Shown in pieces: positions 54,293 through 64,000 of a DNA stretch of 64,000 bases. The stretch's first letter is position 1; the number at the start of each line of letters is the position of its first letter. A program made the translations under genes and the position numbers. Origin of the DNA: Octopus sinensis (lineage: Eukaryota); NCBI RefSeq assembly GCF_006345805.1, contig NC_042997.1, positions 179,924,001-179,988,000 on the forward strand. The letters are read 5' to 3'. Under the pieces are notes generated by a model. The model had not been told where the DNA came from. It made no database searches and saw only the letters and a list, made by a program, of their open reading frames with translations.

Positions 54293-54867
54293 GGGCATAC
54301 GCACTCACGCATATCTCTATATGTCTCTGTGTTTGTGTGAGTATTTAGGTTTATTAACCTCGAATTCTACGTTGTTGGAAAATAATAATAGGAAAGGCAA
54401 ATAATAGTGCGAGATCAAACTAATGCATATGTTCGGAAATGGGGAGGTAGCTTTTAAGCAGTATAGATCGCAATGAAGGATATTGTCAACGAGGTTCCTA
54501 TGCATAAGAGCCAGGAATGTAGATATTCTTTTTTGAACATTTCTATTGTTCTTCAGTTACCTCGATGAAAATTTCCTTTATATTTTCTTTCTTTTATCTT
54601 CAGTATATTTATTCAAATGTCTGACAGTTCAGTATACTTATAAAAATCGCACAATAAAAAATATATATATATTTGTATATAATTTTTTATTTTTATGCAG
54701 GTATCGTTTGGAAATATAGGAATTTTCAATAGCAACTCTGGGGAAAATCGAGAGCAACAGGAAATTGGAAAGGAAGAAAAAATCATTGAAAAATTTATTG
54801 TTTTCATATCAATATATTGACAAACATCTCGCAAATTTTATTTCACAATTTATCTAACCCGGGTTAA

Positions 54868-54939
<72 letters not shown>

Positions 54940-56856
54940 CAACAATAATAATAACAGGAACAACAAAATAATAATCACAATAATAATAATAATAATAATA
55001 ATAACACACACCTACATATATATATATGTGATGCTATGTTTGTGAGTGGTTAGGCTTGTGGCTTTATGTGTGCTATGGAATCTCATTTCTTTTGCAAAAT
55101 AATGGATATTTTAGTAAATCTCAGTTTATTTAATTGACCGAAATTATCAGTATCAGTGAGTGAAATTATCAGCCAGTGAGTGAAAATGCGGGCACATCTA
55201 ATCTCGCGAGAAAAATGTATATGTTCTAGGTGGCGCCCTTTTCCTTTTTCTATTATATATCAGCCTTATTGCTAAATGCCTACCTGTATAAAATTCTATG
55301 TTTTTTTTTCTATCAAATCCCTCAACAAATTTTATTATTTGTTAAAATGTCCTCTTTACTGAAATTCATTTTTAAAAGTATGACAGTTTTGATATAGCAC
55401 TTTAGTTTCTTCGTCACGTGTAACCTACTCACAGGATTCGTTGCATTATATGTATTTCCATACATCAACGGACTGAAAATTTGTCTGTCAGACTCATCCT
55501 TCGGTAGATTACCGAAGATATTTGCCCTACTTTGTATGGAATATTTTTTTTTTCATTTCGCTCTGCAATGTTGTCTCTGGAAAAATAATTAAACAAAAGA
55601 AAATGAAAGACTCGCTTTATTTGCATCAAACCTTAATATGAAACGTTGCTTGCATAAAAAATAGTCTTGTCTGTATGATCACAAACACTGTTGGTAAAGA
55701 TGAAAATTTGTTGCTTTTTCGTCGACACTCAGCTTAACAAGGACTTTCTATATGTCATCTCTTAACACGCAGCTAGACAGTGTGTTTGCTCACAAGGAAT
55801 ACTACCGAGCATTTTGATTTTTGTATATTTATGCAGTTACTTTTGCAACCCTCTCATTCAAGCTTTATTGTACTACCAAATACACGTCAGATAGAAATGC
55901 GATTTACTTACCAAATCACTGTCGTAATTTTTTTCTTTAATCATTGACCGCCGATCGTTACTTTATATTCAGCCTATTAATATTACATAAAGTGAACTAG
56001 AGAAGGCACTTTTCGTCACGTCTACAAAGTTGATAGCGACGCTACAATTTGCAAACTTCCGATTGAAAGTTGTTCAAATTCGATATTTGATTTCTTTTCT
56101 TCACGTTCTAAATTTGATATTATCAAAGTTTTTGCTATGCTCTCCTTTGAATACTTAATTAATTTACTTTCATTTAATTACAATTCGCTATTAAAGTTAT
56201 AAAAAATGTACATAAAAACACTTACTCCTCTCAACTCTTTCACTCCTCTGAAATCAGGAAATCACTTTTACGAACTACAAGCTAAATATTCCCTTCCGGT
56301 ATTTTGTATAACACTAATGAAAGAGATATTTTCTTGGTTGAATCAGTTTCTTTGATGATACTACACATATATATTTTTTCTTTTGTACTGATACAGCCTT
56401 TATTCTATAAACTAATGCATTTGGAACCACAGAAATATGTGGGATGATTAACTGAATAATTAATGTGTATTTAATTATGTGTTATCAATCAAATTGTTTT
56501 GGTGCTGTTTCTTTTACAAGGAGATTTAAAAGCCTGATCAGATGCGGACATCAAAGATGAATGTCGAATCAATGTGCATGGCTAAAACAAAATATTAAAA
56601 AAGGAGAAATTAAAATACATGAAATTTGCATTGAAATAGCGAAATTTTAGTTACACAGTAACTAAAATCAATGTTACTTCAGAATTTGTTAATATAGTCC
56701 CGCATTAATAGTTAATAGACAAAGATGTATTTACACATATATAAACCTATTAGTAACTGTATCTTCCCTTATATTTGCGTATGTCAGAGAGTGCGTATGT
56801 TTGTACATACGTAAGTACACGCACACATATATACATGCATACAAGTACATATATAT

Positions 56857-56929
<73 letters not shown>

Positions 56930-59900
56930 TACACGCAAACGCACACATGCACACAAACTTACACATATATACATATATTGCATGCGTGGGTATATGTACA
57001 TATTTTACGTGTGTATATGTAACTTAATCTGCACTATCATTATCATATGAGAAGGCATTTGGTTAAAGATCTAAGTGCTCACATATTGATGGAGATATAG
57101 AGCATAGAGCGTAATGGCGTCATACCGTTATTGATCTAGTTCGTCACAATATTTTCAGTTATACATCTGCACTGACATTCAGAAATGCGGTTATACATAT
57201 GTACTGCAATAATAGGATTTCGTTATTGATTTTTACTTTCTTATCGGGATTCCTTTGCAATGTTTTTCTGTCATATTGGAATTCTGTCATATATTTTCAC
57301 CATCATACAGAAATATATTCAGTGACATCCACCTTATCGTTAGAATTCCACTTATGAGACAGGACAAAAATATAACCTTTTACAGGCATCACGCTGGAGG
57401 GACAGTCATTATTGATTTAGTAGGTTGCTGCATTACATTTTAGTATTGTCTGAAGCTACCGGTCAAATACAATGAGGTGCAATTAACATTCTTGGGCCAA
57501 TGTCATTTTTTAGATAAAGTTCACTATCGATACAAATATATTTTTCTTCCAGACAGTGCATGCGTTTTGCCATCGTTATCTAACATGCTAGAAACAGCAG
57601 CTGAATTATAAAATTAACTTACTACCTAAAAATGAAGTTTTCACATTGGAGAATCTAGTATTGCATATTTGAAACAGACGGTCAGAACACGGCTAAAATG
57701 CTACTCATTATAGTCTATACTTGACCAGGACTAATTCGTACATGATTCCTTCTATATAAATATAATCTTTTTTCTAAATTATTGAATATATTGTGCTCGA
57801 ATCAGTGATATTAATCACAGTATATCAAAGATTGCTCTTGTGGGTATTTAAAACAAATATTAAAACTTTTATCACTTATCTCACTCCATTTTGCTAATTT
57901 AAACTCTCAGGTTTTTAAATAGGACATTTCCGAAGAATGTTGAGAGTGTTAATACACGTAGCTCTGGAATCTAAATATTACTTTGTAAAAATTTCCCTAC
58001 AAAATTAAACATTGTTGTTCAACGTCCACACTTAATTAAACCAATATTTACAAATACTTTCTAGATAATTTTTATTAAATTTAAAATTTAAATAGTATTT
58101 CAATTTATTAGTGCAAACTGAAATTTATCATCCAAAAAATTTATATAAATGCTAAGATATTTTAAAGAGGTAAGTTCACATTCTAGTTACCATCATGATT
58201 AACAAGCTACTATCCGGTACGAAAGATAAATGCTAGTTTAATCGAAATTGAAGTAATCTAATTCACAACACATTGACTGAATTTCCAATTATACAATTCA
58301 GAAATATATGAATGATGAAATTTTCTTCTACGAAAATCATGATGATATAATCAGCTAGTAAAAAGAATTTGACTGTGCGCTGTATCAGTTATATTTTTGT
58401 GTTTGAATCTAATTAACTTTAACTAACACACATGACTTATATACCAGCTTTATATCCACACTATTGGGTATTTCTGATAACCTATTGTTATCTGAGTAGG
58501 GCGATATTTCCCTTTAGAATAAACAATTTTCTATAATTAAATAAGAGGTTACAAAGAACCTTTGATATGCATCATGCATTCGTCCTATATCCTATATTGA
58601 TTAATGCAATATTTCTAAAATTCTTACTGAGGAAAGATATTTTTAGTGAATAGTCAGACGATAAAATCCGTTTATAAGTATGATATGTTTCCTATTTTTA
58701 GATGTTGCAGAAGTGGAACTCTTACTTGGTTGACATTTCCAACAGCACAATTATCAGCAGATTATTTTCGAAAATATTTATATGTTGTTTTATTCTTGTT
58801 ATGTGACAAAGAAATAAATCTGTTGTTATGACACTTAGCAAACTATATTCCACATGTCTACAGAAGTTCAAATAACGTTAGTAGTCATACCATTCAATAC
58901 TGTTTAGTAAAAGTTACTGAAATGTATAGAATTTGTTTTTGTTTTTATTGACATTGCGGTACAAGTTAGCGGTATAATACGTTTTTGTACCTTTATGCGT
59001 ATTGCGTATATAAATAAGGGTGGATCAAATCAGTAAATCGTACTTTTACTTCAGATAAGTGTTTCAAATATCATAAAAAATAAACTAATTTGTGTGTAGG
59101 TATCTATATCCATCTTTCTTTCCCCTTCTCTCACCTCTCTCCCCTTCCCTCAAATCTCTGGCCTTCTCTCCTCTCCTCTCTCTTTTCCCCTCCGCTCCCT
59201 GTCTCCCACTCTCTCTCTTTCTCTCTCTCTCTCTCTCTGTATAAACTTATATAGATAATAAATTTTATATATATAGCTGAAGGATTAAAATTAATCAAAG
59301 GACATATTAAGTATGTCTACCTGCTGGAAATAACAGTCAAAGCTATTATCTAAATCGCCAAAACACACTGATAATAACTACAGAAATCAACCGTCCGAAG
59401 GCAAACATACTAAAATAATCTCTCAGCATTCATTCATGTATGTGATCTCTGCTTCCAGTAAATGTTCGTGGCAAAGTGAAAGTAACATCTAACTTGTTAT
59501 ATAACCAATAGCCGTGTGTTTTCGATGTTTCATTTTGTATTTAAAAAAACAACAAAAAAACAAAAACAAGTAATTTATTGTTAAGTTTCAGTCTGTAAGC
59601 TAGATAAGTGCAAAGCACGCAAATATTTATGGATACGTTGAATTTATTAATTCCCTTACTGTGTTCCTGTAACTTTACGAAATGATATTTTGATACGTGA
59701 ATTGCAAAAGAAATTGTGGCAATTCAATAAGATATTCTACTCTTAATAATTTGTTCCAATAATTTGAATGAATTCATAACTTAGATTAAATATCTTTTTA
59801 AGAAGGATATAGGGAAGGAGTTTAGGTGATTTTAAATATATTTGCTTGAAAAAATGCCATAGCCATCTCGTATTAAATGCAGAAAAAGTATTTTCAAATA

Positions 59901-60407
59901 GTAGAAAATTTAAAAGCATAAAACTGAAAAAAATATTAATAAAACTTTATATTTCAAAGTAGTCAGGAAGAATAATAGTAAAGCACATAATGTTATTTTA
60001 CTTGTGTCAGAGGTCTTAGTCGATAATTGTTAAAAATATACATTTGGCAGAGATTATTCACGCGAACAGATTGCCATGAAGACAAATTTAACTTCTATTT
60101 GTGATTTTAATATATTATTTCAATATTAGCCAAACAAAGATTAACATTCGGAAATAAGTTTTTGGCAACGAGTTACAACTGAGGGAAAAGTATGTTTTAG
60201 GCTAATATTAAGAACACGCATTAATATATCACGTACGTCATAGAGGTGGAAGCAATTTTTCATCTATGTGGTTCTGGGTTCTATAATACTGTACGCCATA
60301 TGGTTAAGTTGCTCTTACTATATAATCAGGCTGACACAATTATTATTAGTAAACGCTAATCGACGGAAGCCCTACGGATGTGTACATACACAGACGCACA
60401 CATAAAC

Positions 60408-60448
<41 letters not shown>

Positions 60449-60851
60449 GATGTAATATTATTCCAAACTTACATGGAAGAATTCAATTTAGAATTACTAA
60501 ATCAAATTTCACGAAATATATTGCATATGTATAAATTAGAAAAAAAACACCTTTTATCGATTCATTAATGAAAAATTAAATTATACGATTTAGAAAAATT
60601 ACATATTATAGAAAGATTAAATATAAGATAAAACATATAACAATGATTAAGTAATGTGCAAATAATAAATAAATAATAAATAAAGCGTATATAAAACCAA
60701 ATATATACGTTTTATTTATTATTTTTCACATTACTGAATCATAGTTATATGTTCTATCTTATATTTAATCTTTCTATAACATGTAATTTTTCTAAATGGT
60801 ATAATTTCATTTTTCATTATTGAATTGCTAAAAGGTGGTTGTTTCTAATTC

Positions 60852-60941
<90 letters not shown>

Positions 60942-62494
60942 GTATATGTATATATATGTATGTATGTATGTATGTATATATAAGCACATATAGGTACACA
61001 TGCACTTGTATATATTTCGTATATAGTTATAGGCATACATATAAACTATGTATTAATACAATTATCCATGTTTATGTAAAGTTTTGTAGTACCTCGGACC
61101 TACTTTTTAATGAGATGGATCATATGTGAACAGTAATATCCTGATAAGGGTCAAGAGATGTACTTTCTTCTCGACTTAGAATAAAAATTAAATAATAAAC
61201 AACCTGAAATAAATATCTAAAGTACCCGACGTCTGAAATTTATTACGTTATTGTCTATGTTAGAAACTAGCAATGCATCCCAGCGTTGCCCGAGTGTTAT
61301 CACATAAAACATTGTGCTGTTTGTTCTTTTCTTATGGGCAGAATTGGCACAGCTGATATCTAGTGAACTGGATTACTGACGTAGTGGATGGTATTGTTTG
61401 CTTGAAAGGGAAGGGGGAAGGTAATATTTTCATTGATTTTGCATGAAACTGCTTTCAGTATCTAAGAAGGGTCACAGACTATGTATTGTCTCATCTTATA
61501 AAACGGAGTTAATACGACTTTCTCCAGAAATCACATTTTCTGAAAGAGAGGAGAAAATGAAAACGTGACATTTGCTTTGAAGTGAGAGCAGAAAGTGAAA
61601 GAAATGAGAAAGTGCAAGACTATGTACGTGTATATGAATTGGACGTGTGCATGTATGTGTGTGTACATGTGGGCGTGGGCGTTAGAGAGTGTGAGTGAAT
61701 GAATGTGTGTGTTGTCATATATATTTGTAAGTGGAACTCACTCTCTTTCTCTCTCTCGTTCTCTCTCACACATATTATATTTCATATACACGTATATAAA
61801 TACATAGGCATACATCACTTTGGATGTATGTGAGAGTGTAAGTGTGCTTGTGAGTTACTATTTCCTCATAACATGTGAAGAAACGGATGTCTTTCAATGA
61901 AATAATTTTGGTTGTGGCTTATTTTAATTCAATACTTATGTGTACATTTTCATAGGTATTTGTTTGAGTAGAATTATACGCATGCATCAAACATCGGGAA
62001 AAAGTGAAGCATCAGATGCAAATCGAAATATTGCCCGAAAATGAACTGAAAATTGTGCGAACCAACCTCGATTCCAAGGTTATTTTAGTAGTAAAAACTA
62101 GTTGTTGTGCGCAAAACACAGCTTATTTGGGAGATAGATGATAAGCAGCTTTCGTTATGATAGTACAGATGTGACTAATTCGGAGAAATATTACATGATT
62201 CACACGTCGTCACTCTCGTAATGCAATACTTCGTAATTTTGGTTCAAACTTTTGGCTCGTAATTTTGGCTCACATTGAAAGTGTAAAACTATTTCAAATT
62301 TCTAACGAAACCTGGTCGTTGTAGAGCAGTGCATTTCAAATAGCTATAGCAGGTGGTTGAGATAAGTTAGAGAATATATAAATGAAAATAATATTTATTT
62401 GGTATCCGAAAGATTACTGAATTTTTGATACCCCATACGTCAAAATCGGCAACTCAGTTTTCGAATGCATAAGGAACATACGCATGCACACACT

Positions 62495-62533
<39 letters not shown>

Positions 62534-62543
62534 GCTCTCTTAC

Positions 62544-62584
<41 letters not shown>

Positions 62585-62585
62585 T

Positions 62586-62646
<61 letters not shown>

Positions 62647-62669
62647 ACAGCTATTATTAGAGCGACGAC

Positions 62670-62930
62670 AGAGCAGAATGGTCACTGCGCCTGACAAAAT
62701 GCTTAGCGTTATTTTGTCTGCCGTTAACTTCTGAGTTCAAACTCCACCGAGGTCGACTTTGCCTTTAATCTTTTCGGGGTCGATTAAATAAGTACTAATT
62801 ACGCACTGGGGTTGGTATAATCGACTTAATCTGTTTGTCCGTTCTTGTTTGTCCCCTCTGTGTTTAGCCCCTTGTGTGTAATAAAGAAATAGGTATTTCT
62901 TCCTGCTTTACGTTCTGCTTTCAAATTCCT
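62670..62930 (+). mobile_element. SINE family A
   Basis: GTTCAAACTCCACCGAGGTCGACTTTGCC...TTTAGCCCCTTGTG...AAAGAAATAGGTATTTC. Confidence 0.8.
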
Positions 62931-63483
62931 TGGAAAATAACATTTTCTTTGATCTTTTGGGATCAATGAATTAAGTACCAGTCAAACAAATAATCAAATA
63001 CCTCCCTTTCCCAAATCTCAGACATGTGGTTATATTAGAAATGATTATTACAACTATCATTAAGGCGGCGAGAGGGCAGAATACTAGTGTGTCGGTCAAA
63101 ATACATAGCTTCATTTCTTCCAAATCTATTTTTAGTTTAAATGCAACGTAGGTCATGTTTGCTTCTCGTCTTTTCAGCATCAATAAAATAACCAGTTGGG
63201 CACTGTTAGCAATTTATCCCCTCCTCTAAAATTTTAGAATTTGTGTCTTTGATGGAAAGAATTTTAACAGCTATCGCTGATAATATAGTCTAACGCATTT
63301 GGAGGGTAGGCAGAGAATAGGGTTACATGTTTTTGTGTTTTGAGTTCAAATTCCATACAAAACAGAAGATAGCTTTTTATCATTTCGCGACTAATTAAAT
63401 AAAGTACATGTCAAGTAATGAATTCAAAATAATTAATAGTTTCCTTCTCCAAAATTTGAAACTATGTTTGCACTTTTGCTCTT

Positions 63484-63682
63484 TTGCTTGTTTCAGTCAT
63501 TTGACTGTGGCCATGCTGGAGCACCACCTTTAGTCGAGCAAATCTACCCCAGGACTTATTCTTTGTAAGCCTAGTACTTATTATATCGGTCTCTTTTGCC
63601 GAACCGCTAAGTCACTGGGACGTGCACACACCAGCATCGGTTGTCAAGTGATGTTGGGGGGACAAACACAGACACACAAACA
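63484..63682 (-). mobile_element. SINE family B 3' half
   Basis: TTGTTTCAGTCATTTGACTGTGGCCATGCTGGAGCACC...ACACAGACACACAAAC. Confidence 0.85.
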
Positions 63683-64000
63683 TAGTCTATAATTACTATA
63701 AGTTGTTTATCTCGATGAGCATATAATGTGGGATTCCCCTTTTTTTACGGTTGGTTTGTTGGGGGCTGTGCGAGGGCGTGCATGCACATGTATGTGCATG
63801 TGGGTGCACCCCAGCGTATCCACTTATACTTACTATATTAGGTTTATCTTTATGCCCTCCTTAATTTGTATTCCATTTTATTTATCTATTTATCTATACA
63901 TGGATATGTGTATGTAGATATATATATATATATATATATAAATATATATGTGTGTATGTATATATATATTCATATTTATTTATTTAATTATATTTTTTTA

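Noticed and set aside
61266-61300. ACTAGCAATGCATCCCAGCGTTGCCCGAG, reminiscent of a Helitron-type terminus
   Set aside because: Too short and degenerate; no matching opposite end identified.

Overview
AT-rich, microsatellite-saturated eukaryotic non-coding DNA. The tRNA-derived SINE families and the (TA)n/(CA)n/(TAA)n density look like an Octopus (cephalopod) genome; this is an inference from memory, not a database result. I can support no intact host gene: nearly all ORF-track entries are microsatellite translations or antisense shadows. Recognisable content: (1) a decayed Ty3/Gypsy LTR retrotransposon (24.4-28.5 kb, minus) with the Gmr1-type order gag-PR-INT-RT-RH; (2) a 5' Tc1-like transposon fragment, a mariner-type MITE, RTE LINE fragments and four R4/Dong-like fragments next to (TAA)n; (3) at least four SINE families. 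The most interesting signal is a cluster between about 10 and 21.6 kb of unrelated short non-coding elements, mostly beside or inside (TA)n tracts, each carrying a type I hammerhead ribozyme (HHR) fold that I base-paired by hand. Three share a head-to-head inverted architecture, and one has a 555-bp circularly permuted monomer, as expected for Penelope-like pLTR or retrozyme elements.
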